Assembly: GCA_965199855.1 (NCBI GenBank)
Contig: OZ241326.1
Span: forward strand, 224,001 to 288,000
Reading direction: 5' to 3'
DNA: 64,000 nucleotides
Source of the DNA: a bacterium
GTDB taxonomy: Bacteria > UBA8248
Below are positions 9,264-18,118 of the stretch, piece by piece; positions within the stretch are counted from its first letter, which is position 1, and the number at the start of each line of letters is the position of its first letter. The notes under the pieces were generated by a model. That model saw nothing but the letters and a program-made list of their open reading frames with translations, ran no database searches and was not told the DNA's origin. Made by a program: the position numbers and the translations under genes.

Positions 9264-9346
9264 GTAGGGACAGGTCGCGACCTGTCCCTACAAGTCAAAT
9301 TTCCCATCTGCTCCGGATTCCGGCTTCCGCCGGAATGACGATCAAA
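9264..9346. repeat. GTAG REP palindrome plus CGTC half-element
   Basis: GTAGGGACAGGTCGCGACCTGTCCCTAC (9264-9291, perfect palindrome); 9315-9346 is identical to 7622-7653. Confidence 0.9.
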
Positions 9347-9445
9347 GATGGGGGGCGGCTCCCCCTTCCCATCCTCCCCGAAGGGCGGTATCATGGCGGA
9401 AAACCTCATCACGGCTTTTTCACCAGGCAGGGGGAGGGAACGCCC

Positions 9446-10189
9446 ATGAAGCTGAAGGACAAGGTCGCCATCGTAACGGGCGGCTCGCAGGGAATCGGCG
9501 AGGCCGTCTGCCGCCGCTTCGCCGAGGAGGGGGCGAAGGTCGCCATCGTGAACCGGACGAGGGAGAAGGGCGAGGCGCTGGCGGCGGAGGTCGGCGGGGC
9601 GGCGCGCGCGTATCCGTGCGACGTGTCGAGCAAGAAGGCGGTGGATGAGATGGTGGCCGACGTAACGGCCGCGCTGGGGCCCGTGGATATCCTCGTGGGC
9701 AACGCCGGCATCATGATCAACAAGGAGATGGAGGAATACTCCGAGCGGGAGTGGGACGACATCATCGACATCAACCTGAAGGGCAACTTCCTGCTCGCCC
9801 AGGCCGTCGTGCCGGGGATGAAGGAGCGGCGCCGCGGGAAGATCATCTTCGTGGCCTCCATCGCCGCCACCCACGCCTTTCCCAACGCCCTGCCCTACTG
9901 CGCGAGCAAGGGCGGCGTCTATATGCTCACCCGCGCGCTGGCGGCGGAGATTTCCAAGTTCGGCGTCAACGTCAACTCCATCTCGCCGGGCAACACGGCC
10001 ACCCCCCTCAACCAGCATCTCCAGGACGACCCGGAGTTCGTGAAGCTCATGGCGAGCTTCACCCCCACGGGGCGCGCCTACATCTCGACCGCCGAGATGG
10101 CGGGGGCGGCGGTGTTCCTCGCCTCCGACGACGCCAGCGCGGTGCACGGCCACGACCTCATCGTGGACGACGGCTGGTGCGCGATCTAG
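9446..10189 (+). CDS. SDR family oxidoreductase
   Basis: VTGGSQGIG, GNAG, YCASKGG, NSISPG. Confidence 0.93.
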   Translation: MKLKDKVAIVTGGSQGIGEAVCRRFAEEGAKVAIVNRTREKGEALAAEVGGAARAYPCDVSSKKAVDEMVADVTAALGPVDILVGNAGIMINKEMEEYSEREWDDIIDINLKGNFLLAQAVVPGMKERRRGKIIFVASIAATHAFPNALPYCASKGGVYMLTRALAAEISKFGVNVNSISPGNTATPLNQHLQDDPEFVKLMASFTPTGRAYISTAEMAGAAVFLASDDASAVHGHDLIVDDGWCAI

Positions 10190-10206
10190 GGGGCTGACGG
10201 CGCCCC

Positions 10207-11088
10207 ATGTCCCTCGTCTGCTACGTGAACGGCGCATATCTCCCCGCGGAGGAGGCGAGGGTCTCCGCTTTCGACCATGGGTTTCTCTACGGGGACGGGC
10301 TTTTCGAGTCGATGACGGTGACGAACCGCCGCATCTTCCGGCTCGGGCGGCACCTCGACCGCATGGAGGACTCCGCGCGGGCGCTCAGGCTGAAGCTCCC
10401 CGAGACGCGGGAGAGAATCGCGGAAATCATCAAGGAGTGCGCGAGGCGCTCCGGCGGGGGCGACGCCTACGTCCGCCTCGTCGTATCGAGGGGAGCGGGC
10501 TATCCCCTGCTCGACCCGAGAGTGGCGGCCAGGGCGACCCTCGCCGTGCTCCTGCACGCGCCGGCCCCGCCCGCCGAGACGGGCTCGAGCTACCGGGCGG
10601 AAGGCGCGGGGCTCAGGCTCAAGACCGCGGGCGTGCGCAAGGTTCCCTCCGATTCCTTCGAGGCGCGCGTCAAGTCGCTCAACTACCTGAACAACGTGCT
10701 GGCGCGCATCGAGGCGGTGGAATCGGGGCACGACGAGGCGCTGCTCCTGGACGCGCGGGGCTTCGTGGCCGAGGCGCCGGGCGAGAACGTCTTCGTCGTG
10801 AAGGGGGGCGTCCTCAGAACGCCCCGGGCGCACAACGTTCTCGCGGGCGTCACCCGAGGGGCCGTTCTCGAAATCGCCGCGCGGCTGGGGATTCCCGCCC
10901 AAGAGGCCGACCTCACGCTCTATGACCTCTACGCGGCGGAGGAGTGCTTTCTCACCTCCTCGTTCAGCCGGGTGCACGCGGTGGCCGAGGCGGACGGGCG
11001 CGCCATCCCGGCGCCCGGGCCGATGACGAAAAGGCTGCGCGCGGAGATTCTGGAGATGGAGAAGACCGAGGGCGAGCCCATCGACTGA
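10207..11088 (+). CDS. Class IV aminotransferase (branched-chain, IlvE-like)
   Basis: DHGFLYGDGLFE, HLDR, KSLNYLNN, EAPGENVF, LAGVTR. Confidence 0.9.
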   Translation: MSLVCYVNGAYLPAEEARVSAFDHGFLYGDGLFESMTVTNRRIFRLGRHLDRMEDSARALRLKLPETRERIAEIIKECARRSGGGDAYVRLVVSRGAGYPLLDPRVAARATLAVLLHAPAPPAETGSSYRAEGAGLRLKTAGVRKVPSDSFEARVKSLNYLNNVLARIEAVESGHDEALLLDARGFVAEAPGENVFVVKGGVLRTPRAHNVLAGVTRGAVLEIAARLGIPAQEADLTLYDLYAAEECFLTSSFSRVHAVAEADGRAIPAPGPMTKRLRAEILEMEKTEGEPID

Positions 11089-11163
11089 GGGCGCGCGCAG
11101 CTTCCGCGAGAACCCGAAGCCCGCCCCGGCGCGGGGCGGACGATTCGAGAGGAGAAGGCTAGA

Positions 11164-11499
11164 GTGGCGACGATGGAGGACTTCGACAGGCTGGACGTTC
11201 GCGTGGGGCGCGTGATCGAGGCGGCGGATTTCCCGGAAGCCAGAAAGCCCGCCTACAGGCTCACCATCGACTTCGGCGCGGAGGTGGGCGTCAAAAAATC
11301 CTCCGCCCAGCTCGTCTCGCTCTATTCCAAGGAGGAGCTCGAGGGCAGGCTCGTGCTCGGGGTGGTGAACTTCCCGCCGAGGCGAATCGGCCCCTTTCTC
11401 TCCGAAGTCCTGACGCTGGGGGTTCCGAACGAGCGCGGCGAGGTGGTGCTCATCGCCCCGGACGCGAAGGGCGCCGTCATCGGCGGGCGGCTGTTCTAG
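11164..11499 (+). CDS. csaA: tRNA-binding/chaperone protein CsaA
   Basis: DFPEARKPAY, DFG..G.KKSSAQ, VVNFPPRRIGPFLSEVLTLG. Confidence 0.92.
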   Translation: MATMEDFDRLDVRVGRVIEAADFPEARKPAYRLTIDFGAEVGVKKSSAQLVSLYSKEELEGRLVLGVVNFPPRRIGPFLSEVLTLGVPNERGEVVLIAPDAKGAVIGGRLF

Positions 11500-11532
11500 G
11501 GCTTCCCGCGGGCGCGGGGGCCGTGCGGCCTC

Positions 11533-12423
11533 TCAGAGCAAATCGGGCCGCTCCTCGTCCTGATAGTGGGCGAGGCCCCCGGGCGCGGTTCCCTTGCTCC
11601 GCAGAACGTGCATGGGGGCGGGCGTGAGCGGCTTCCACTGCGTCTCTTCGGGAGGCTCCGGCCACTCGTAGGGCAGGTGGCGATAGGCGTTCGGGCCCCG
11701 CGCGGCCTCCAGATGCGCGAGCGCGTCATCGCAGACCGCGCGCTGGCCCTCCCGGTCGCCCACGTCTCCCAGCAGGCGCCCGAAGGGATACTGGATGAAC
11801 ACCGCCCTCGGGACGCAGACCCTCTCGGAGACAGCCGGCTGGTTGCATATCGACACCGTGGCGATTCCCAGCTCCTCCAGCTTTCTCTGCAGCAGGCTCA
11901 CGGACCGCATGCAGAGCGGTCAGACGGGGATGAGGAACGCCGCGTCCACCCCCTCGGAGCGCATCTTCTCCGCCACCAGGGGCGCCGTCCTCTTCACCAG
12001 GGGGTGGAAGTTGGGCGTGTAGCCCATGGTGGAGTAGAGGGCGTCGGCCAGCGCGCCGATTCTTCCCTCGCGCTCGCAGTCGAGGAAGACGTCCACCGGA
12101 AACGCCACGTTCCTGTCGCGCTTCAGATACTCGGTGTTTACGTGCAGATGGGAGTATTCGCAGTCGTCCTGCCCCGCCGTCCTCGGAATCTCCCGATGGG
12201 TGGGGTCGCCCCAGTGCGGCTCGCGCCATTCGCGCTCGTAGTCGAAGGAGACGTCCCCCTTCACGTAGATGCCCGCCGTGGAGACGAGGGTTATCTTGCA
12301 CTCGGAGAGCGGGCGGGACAGCGGCGTCCAGGGCGTCTTCGCCGGGTCGGCCGGCCGCATCGCCTCGATGCGCTCCCTGCTTCCGGGATAGAAGGCGTAG
12401 CCGTCCACTTCGGCGACGGGCAT
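11533..12423 (-). CDS. Selenoprotein, glycine/sarcosine/betaine/D-proline reductase subunit B (PrdB/GrdB-like) family; Sec at 11922-11920
   Basis: Two in-frame ORFs joined by TGA read ...AFLIPV-U-PLCMRSVSLLQRKLEELGIATV (UxxC). PWTPL..PLSE..ITLVSTAG, GDPTHREI, D.NVAFP and VPRA....PFGR motifs; stem-loop right after the TGA. Confidence 0.88.
11885..11916 (-). promoter_or_regulatory. Putative bacterial SECIS element
   Basis: mRNA reads UGA-CCG-CUCUGCA-U-GCGG-UC-CGU-GA-GCCUGC-UGCAGAG: a 7-bp outer stem and a G-containing apical loop about 17 nt after the UGA. Confidence 0.7.
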
Positions 12424-12522
12424 GTCTTCACCTCACGGGGGCGCTCTCGGCCAGAGCGTCCATGAAGCCGGAAGCATGGAGCGATCATTTGCTTTTATAG
12501 CACATGAGCTCTTGAAAGATCA

Positions 12523-12551
12523 TTGACTTTCAAAGGTCATTCTCGTATATT
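12523..12551 (+). promoter_or_regulatory. sigma70-like promoter
   Basis: TTGACT-N17-TATATT; overlapped by the inverted repeat TTGAAAG..CTTTCAA (12512-12533). Confidence 0.75.
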
Positions 12552-12557
12552 TTCATT

Positions 12558-12661
12558 AACCCCCCCGGTGGTTTCGACTGCCGGGTGCGAGGCCTCCATC
12601 TGGCGTATTCATCTATCGTGGGTTTCCACTTTGAGATACGCTTTTGGAGGCCTCTGTTTTT
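12558..12661 (+). ncRNA. Putative structured RNA/leader upstream of NYN RNase
   Basis: Hairpin CCCGGUGGU-UUCG-ACUGCCGGG (12564-12585); long hairpin GAGGCCUCCA/UGGAGGCCUC (12589-12654) with inner GCGUAU/AUACGC and GUGG/CCAC; followed by UGUUUUU. Confidence 0.6.
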
Positions 12662-12664
12662 AGG

Positions 12665-13288
12665 ATGCGGACGTATATTTATGTTGACGGGTTTAATCTC
12701 TACTATCGCGCCCTGAAAAATACCCCTTTCAAATGGCTCGATCTTTCCGGTGCGTTTCGTGATTTACTGCAATCCCGCCACGACATTCTAAAAATCAAAT
12801 ACTTTACCGCGCGCGTATCGGGACGGCCGGCCGATCCGTCCAAACCGCAACGCCAAGACCTATACCTGAAAGCGCTGAAACACCATTGCAGGGAGGTGGA
12901 AATCTGTTTTGGTCATTTTTTAAGCCATAAGATTGCCTTGCCGCTCGCCGATTCCGGCGACAGACCACGATACGCCGAAGTCATCAAAACCGAGGAAAAG
13001 GGGACGGACGTGAATTTCGCCGCGCATCTCTTGAATGACGGGTGGCGGAACGTCTACGACTGCGCAATCGCGGTTACGAACGACAGCGATATCGCGGAAG
13101 CCTTGCGCTTGGTAAAATCGGAACATGGGAAACGAATTGGCCTTGTAACGCCGGGAGAAGGCCACGCATCCCAGCAACTGATGCAATATGCCGATTTTCA
13201 TCGGCGCCTCCGAAAAAACCTGTTGCGAAACAACCAACTCCCCTCCTCGATTCCGGGAACGAATCTCGCGAAGCCCGCCGGCTGGTGA
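12665..13288 (+). CDS. NYN domain (PIN-like, LabA/DUF88) ribonuclease
   Basis: YVDGFNLYY, IKYFTA, EEKGTDV, TNDSD: acidic catalytic motifs intact; markedly lower GC than flanks. Confidence 0.9.
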   Translation: MRTYIYVDGFNLYYRALKNTPFKWLDLSGAFRDLLQSRHDILKIKYFTARVSGRPADPSKPQRQDLYLKALKHHCREVEICFGHFLSHKIALPLADSGDRPRYAEVIKTEEKGTDVNFAAHLLNDGWRNVYDCAIAVTNDSDIAEALRLVKSEHGKRIGLVTPGEGHASQQLMQYADFHRRLRKNLLRNNQLPSSIPGTNLAKPAGW

Positions 13289-13322
13289 GTCCGGGAGCGG
13301 GCGTTCCGCTTTCCCCGAACCC

Positions 13323-14153
13323 TCAATACGCCGTCCACAGGACGCGCAGGAGCTGATCCGCCAGATCCAGGTCGCCCTCGATTTCGAGGCGGCCGGCCGC
13401 CATCATCGCCTCGCGCTTCGCGCGTCCGAAGAGGAGGAGCAGGTGCGCCTCGGCGTCCGCGGTGATCGCCGCGTCGTGGCCGCCGGACGCGTCGGGGGAT
13501 TCCTGCGCGCTTTCGCCGAGCGCCGTGAGCGTCCATGCGCGCTCCGGCTCCGTCGAGCGGAACAGGAAGCGGGCGTTGAACGGGGGCTTCTCGCGGACGC
13601 CGAACAGGCGGCTCTGGCTCGCGGGAAGGAAGGTCATCATCCCCGCGACCCCCTGGGGGGCGACGCGGGCGGCGGCGTCCTCGCCGCAGCGGACGTCCCA
13701 GTCGTGAACCGCCAGCTCGACCAGCCGCAGCCCGATCCAGGCGTCGAGCCTCGTGAGGCCGCGCGGGTGATAGCCGAGCTTCCCGAGGTCCTCCGCGCCC
13801 ATGGCCTCGAGCGCGCCGTTCACCGCCGCGGCCGAGGCGTCGAAGGCGTCCATCATCTCCGCCCGGGGCAGCGCCATGAGCGCGTCGCCCCTCTCCTTGC
13901 GGATGGCGAGAAACTCCTTGGCGTCGCGCCCGTAGGGCGGCTCGGGCGGCAGGCCCTCCAGCGCGCGGCGAATCGAGTTCGCGTAGAAGTCGCCCCCCGT
14001 CGCCACGTGGGAGACGGCGTGCCGCGCCTTCCAGCCGGGGCAGAAGGCATCGACCTCCCAGCGCTCCTCCGAAAAGCCGCGCCACTCCGCCGACAGGCGC
14101 GCGGTCTCCGACTTCACCAGGGCGACTCGTGAAAGACATTCATCCGGGGTCAT
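13323..14153 (-). CDS. Maleylpyruvate isomerase/MDMPI (DinB-like) family protein with SCP2-like C-terminus
   Basis: CPGWKARHAVSHV, ELAVHDWDV, GRLEIEGD; GGAGG RBS. Confidence 0.85.
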   Translation of the reverse strand: MTPDECLSRVALVKSETARLSAEWRGFSEERWEVDAFCPGWKARHAVSHVATGGDFYANSIRRALEGLPPEPPYGRDAKEFLAIRKERGDALMALPRAEMMDAFDASAAAVNGALEAMGAEDLGKLGYHPRGLTRLDAWIGLRLVELAVHDWDVRCGEDAAARVAPQGVAGMMTFLPASQSRLFGVREKPPFNARFLFRSTEPERAWTLTALGESAQESPDASGGHDAAITADAEAHLLLLFGRAKREAMMAAGRLEIEGDLDLADQLLRVLWTAY

Positions 14154-14493
14154 GCGGGCGTCCTCCGTTTCGCTCAGCCGCCGCTTCCGCGCCGCGGCGA
14201 AATCCTCCAAATCGAACAGGCGAGGGGGGCGCGGCGAAGTATCCCGAAACCGGGGCGCGCTGTCCACCCCGTGAAACTGGCGGAGGAGGGGCGGGTTCTG
14301 CTAGGCTGGCGGATTCACCACGTCCGGAACGGCGCGGGAGGCTCCGCGGCTCGCCCGTCTTCCGGGGAGAGGAGAAAGCCATGCGCCGCCCACGCGCGGC
14401 CCGACCTTCGCCCGCGCGCGCCGGCTCCAGCGCCGCGCGCCCTTCACCGGCCCGCCGGAAGGCCGCGCGCCCGGCGGGAGGAGCCGCGCTCTC

Positions 14494-15819
14494 ATGTCCC
14501 CTCTGATGGTGGCCGCCGACCGCGACGGCAACCTGTTCGAGCACCCGGAGCTGGAGATGGTGGGCGCGCGGGGCGCCGAGCCTGCGGCGCCTGCGCCGGA
14601 GGAGCTCTCCCCGCTGCCGGAGGGCGCCCGGTTCTTCACGATTCCGGGCGGCGCGCCCGTGGGCCGCGACCCGCGGACGGGCGCGCTCGCGATCGTGGCC
14701 GAGGCGGACTGGGGCGAGGGGCCCGAGGCGCTGCAGGCGGCGTGCGCGTTTCCCCCGCCGGGGTGGATGCGCACCCTGCTCCCCTTCTCGGAGCGCGGAG
14801 AAGGCGCCGGCGTCCTCCCCCTGTGGGCCTATACGGCGCTCGGCTTCGACCCGGACGCCGGCGGGTTCGCGTGCGCCGCCGTGCGGGTGGACGACTGCCC
14901 GCGCTGGGAGCCCGGGGAATACGACGACGCGGGCCTGCCCGAGCGAATCGCCCGGATGAGAAGCGCCCATCCCGAAAACCGGCTCCTGCCCCACCTCGCG
15001 CGCTGCGCGAGCGCGTTCCACTGCTTCGCGGCCAAAAACTTCTTCGCCCGCCGCTGGGAGATGGGCCTGCCCGTCGCCCCGCTCTGCAACGCGGACTGCC
15101 GGGGGTGCATCTCGCTCCAGAGCGACGACCTGTTTCCGGCGAGCCACCAGCGCATCGGCTTCGCGCCGACGCCCGAGGAGCTGTGCGGCATAGCCGCCCC
15201 CCATCTCGAAGAGGCGGAAGCGGCCGTCGCCAGCTTCGGCCAGGGATGCGAGGGGGAGCCGCTGCTTCAGGCGCGCGTCATCGAGCGCGCCTGCCGCCTC
15301 ATCCGCGAGCGCGCCCCGCGCGGCACCCTCCACCTCAACACGAACGGCAGCCGGCCCGAATGGATGGCGCGGCTCGCCGCGGCGGGCCTCGAGAGCGTCC
15401 GCGTCAGCCTGAACAGCGCGATTCCCGAATGGTACCGCGCCTACTACCGCCCCGAAGCCTACGGCTTCGCCCAGGTGGAGGACTGCGTGAAGGCCGCCGC
15501 GGACGCGGGGCTCTACGCGCAGATCAACTATCTGGTCTTTCCCGGCGTCACGGATCTCGAGGCCGAAGTCGAGGCGATGCTGGACTTCGCGGAGCGAACG
15601 GGGCTTCACGTGATTCAGATGAAGAACCTGTGCATCGACCCCGCCCTCTACCTGGACGCCCTGCCCAACCTGGGGGACGCCGGAGAGGCGATGGGCATGG
15701 CGCGGACGCTCGGCCTCTACCGGGAGGAGCTGCCCGGAGTGGCGATTCGCTACTTCAACCGTCCCAAGGAGGAATGGCATCTCGACCCCAAAGCCTCGAA
15801 GGCGGGCGCGGCGCGATGA
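14494..15819 (+). CDS. Uncharacterised radical SAM protein
   Basis: CNADCRGC (CxxxCxxC), SFGQGCEGEPL, NTNGS, RVSLNS. Confidence 0.88.
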   Translation: MSPLMVAADRDGNLFEHPELEMVGARGAEPAAPAPEELSPLPEGARFFTIPGGAPVGRDPRTGALAIVAEADWGEGPEALQAACAFPPPGWMRTLLPFSERGEGAGVLPLWAYTALGFDPDAGGFACAAVRVDDCPRWEPGEYDDAGLPERIARMRSAHPENRLLPHLARCASAFHCFAAKNFFARRWEMGLPVAPLCNADCRGCISLQSDDLFPASHQRIGFAPTPEELCGIAAPHLEEAEAAVASFGQGCEGEPLLQARVIERACRLIRERAPRGTLHLNTNGSRPEWMARLAAAGLESVRVSLNSAIPEWYRAYYRPEAYGFAQVEDCVKAAADAGLYAQINYLVFPGVTDLEAEVEAMLDFAERTGLHVIQMKNLCIDPALYLDALPNLGDAGEAMGMARTLGLYREELPGVAIRYFNRPKEEWHLDPKASKAGAAR

Positions 15820-17288
15820 GCGGAGAACTCCTGCGAATCCGCCCCGCCTCCGAGGCGCCCCTCGTGCGGCGCGGCGCGCCCGAGCCCGCCGCGCCGGACG
15901 CGCCGACGGCGGCGCTCGTCTCCCTGGGCTGCGCCAAGAACACGGTGGACTCCGAGATCATGCTCGCCGCCCTGGCGGGGGCGGGCTACCGGCTCGTGGA
16001 CGACGCGGAGGGGGCCCGGGTCGCCGTCGTCAACACGTGCGGCTTCATCGAGGACGCGAAGCGCGAATCCATCGACGCGATTCTGGCGCTGGGGCGGCTC
16101 AAGGAAGCGGGCGATCTCGACACCCTGGTGGTGGCGGGCTGCCTCGCCGAGCGCTACCGGGGGGAGCTCGCCCAGGGCCTGCCCGAGGTGGACCTGTTCA
16201 TCGGAACCCGCGAATACGACCGCCTGCCCGCGCTGCTGGAGGGCGCGCGCGGCGGGGCGCGGGAGGCGTTCTCCGACACCCTCATGGACTACGGCAGAAG
16301 ACTGCCGCGCATCCTGGCGGAGCCCGGCCCGAGCGCCTACCTGAAGGTCGCCGAGGGCTGCTCGCGCCCCTGCTCGTTCTGCGTGATTCCGAGGTTTCGC
16401 GGCAGGTTTCGCTCGCGCCCGCCCGACGTCCTCCTGGAGGAGGCGCGCGCCCTGGCTGGGGCGGGCGTTCGGGAGGTCAACCTTCTGGCGCAGGAGATCA
16501 CGAGCTACGGGCGCGACCTCGGCTCCGGCCATTCGCTCGCCCGGCTGCTCGAGGAGCTGAACGGGGTGGAGGGCCTCGCCTGGATCCGCGTTCTCTACAA
16601 CTACCCGCGGGGGGTGACGGACGAGCTGCTCGACGCCTACCGCGAACTGCCGAAAGTGTGCGAATACATCGACATGCCCCTTCAGCACGTCGCCTCCCCG
16701 GTGCTCGCCGCCATGCGGCGCGGCATCGACGAGCGCGGCACGCGCGAGCTCGTCGCGCGCGTCCGGGAGCGCGTCCCCGGCTGCGCGCTCAGGACGACCA
16801 TGCTCGTCGGCTTTCCGGGGGAGAGCGAGGCGGACTTCGATCTTCTGCTCGACTTCGTGGAGGAGACCCGCTTCGCGCGGCTGGGCGCCTTCGCGTTCTC
16901 GCCGGAGGATCGCTCCCTCGCGGCGCGCCTGCCCGATCAGGTGCCCGTAGAAGCCGCGCGCGAGCGCATGGCGCGCCTACTCGCGCTTCAGGAGCGCATC
17001 ATGGCCGAGGAGAACCGTGCGCTGATCGGCCGGAGGATGGACGCGCTCGTCGAGGGCCTGACGGGAGAGGGGCTTCTGCGCGGGCGAACGCGGCTCCAGG
17101 CCCCCGAGGTGGACGGCGAGGCGTTCCTGCACGAGACCGAGGCGCGGCCCGGAGACGTCCTCGCCTGCGAGATCATCGGCTCGGACGGGGTGGACCTGGT
17201 GGCGCGGGGCGTCGGGGCGGACGGGGGCGGCCCCCGGGCGGCCTCTCCTCGCGCGGGAAAGCGCGAAAGCGGGGAGAGCGGCGAATGA
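15816..17288 (+). CDS. rimO: Ribosomal protein S12 methylthiotransferase RimO
   Basis: SLGCAKNTVDSE, NTCGFI..AKRESI, AYLKVAEGCSRPCSFCVIP, YIDMPLQH, QAPEVDG. Confidence 0.95.
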   Translation: MSGELLRIRPASEAPLVRRGAPEPAAPDAPTAALVSLGCAKNTVDSEIMLAALAGAGYRLVDDAEGARVAVVNTCGFIEDAKRESIDAILALGRLKEAGDLDTLVVAGCLAERYRGELAQGLPEVDLFIGTREYDRLPALLEGARGGAREAFSDTLMDYGRRLPRILAEPGPSAYLKVAEGCSRPCSFCVIPRFRGRFRSRPPDVLLEEARALAGAGVREVNLLAQEITSYGRDLGSGHSLARLLEELNGVEGLAWIRVLYNYPRGVTDELLDAYRELPKVCEYIDMPLQHVASPVLAAMRRGIDERGTRELVARVRERVPGCALRTTMLVGFPGESEADFDLLLDFVEETRFARLGAFAFSPEDRSLAARLPDQVPVEAARERMARLLALQERIMAEENRALIGRRMDALVEGLTGEGLLRGRTRLQAPEVDGEAFLHETEARPGDVLACEIIGSDGVDLVARGVGADGGGPRAASPRAGKRESGESGE

Positions 17289-18118
17289 GCGAAGCGTCCT
17301 ACGACCCGGAAGCCTTCCGGGAGTTCGAGCGCGCGGGCTGGAACGGCGCAGCGGCCGCGTACGCGGACCTCTTCGGCGCGGTCACCGCGCAGGCGGCCGT
17401 CCCCCTGCTCGACGCCGCCGGCGCGCGCTTCGGAACGCGCCTGCTCGATCTGGCCTGCGGGACGGGCGCGGTCGCGGCGGGGGCGCTCATGCGCGGCTGC
17501 GACGTGGTCGGGGCGGACTTCGCGGCGGAGATGGTCGCCGAGGCCGCCCGCCGCTGGCCGGGCGCCGAGTTCCGGCGCTGCGACGCGGAGGCGCTGCCCT
17601 TTCCCGACGCGCGCTTCGAGGCCGTGGTGAGCAACTTCGGGTTCATTCATTTCCCGCGTCCCGAAATCGCGCTGGCCGAGGCCGCCCGGGCGCTCGAGCC
17701 GGGCGGCGCGCTCGCCTTCACCGCGTGGACGAGCGACGCGGGCCACCGGTCGCTCATGGAGCGGGCGATACGCGAGCAGGGCGACCCCGACGTTCCCCTG
17801 GTCGCCGGCCCGCCCGCGCCCTTCTACGAGGACAAGGCGGAATGCGCGCGCGCGATGGCCGGGGCGGGCTTCGCCGCGCCCGAATTCTCCGACCTCGCCC
17901 TCTACATGGAGGCGGCCTCGGCCGGGGGCGTTCTGGAAGTCATCGAGAAGTCCACCGTGCGCTCGGCGGCGCGCCTGGCGGCGCAGACGCCGGAGGCGCG
18001 GGCGCGAATCAGGGAGGCGATCATCCGGGGCGCGGGCGCGTTCGAGCGCGAGGGGGCGATTCGCCTGCCCATGCGGGCCAGGCTCATCTCCGCGCGGAAG
18101 CTGCAGGAGCGCGCCTAG
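17285..18118 (+). CDS. Class I SAM-dependent methyltransferase
   Basis: LDLACGTG, DAEALPFPD, L.PGG; ATGA overlap with rimO. Confidence 0.9.
   Translation: MSEASYDPEAFREFERAGWNGAAAAYADLFGAVTAQAAVPLLDAAGARFGTRLLDLACGTGAVAAGALMRGCDVVGADFAAEMVAEAARRWPGAEFRRCDAEALPFPDARFEAVVSNFGFIHFPRPEIALAEAARALEPGGALAFTAWTSDAGHRSLMERAIREQGDPDVPLVAGPPAPFYEDKAECARAMAGAGFAAPEFSDLALYMEAASAGGVLEVIEKSTVRSAARLAAQTPEARARIREAIIRGAGAFEREGAIRLPMRARLISARKLQERA

Noticed and set aside
9164-9445. Repeat-encoded N-terminal extension of the SDR (341-aa ORF)
   Set aside because: It is a translation of the tandem repeat and REP; the SDR fold and RBS begin at 9446.
11533-12423. Two separate genes or a nonsense pseudogene
   Set aside because: The TGA falls exactly at the UxxC position and is followed by a SECIS-like hairpin.
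12558-12661. tRNA, 6S RNA or a known riboswitch
   Set aside because: No cloverleaf or TPsiC motif, too short for 6S, and no recognisable aptamer consensus. An Rfam scan is still needed.
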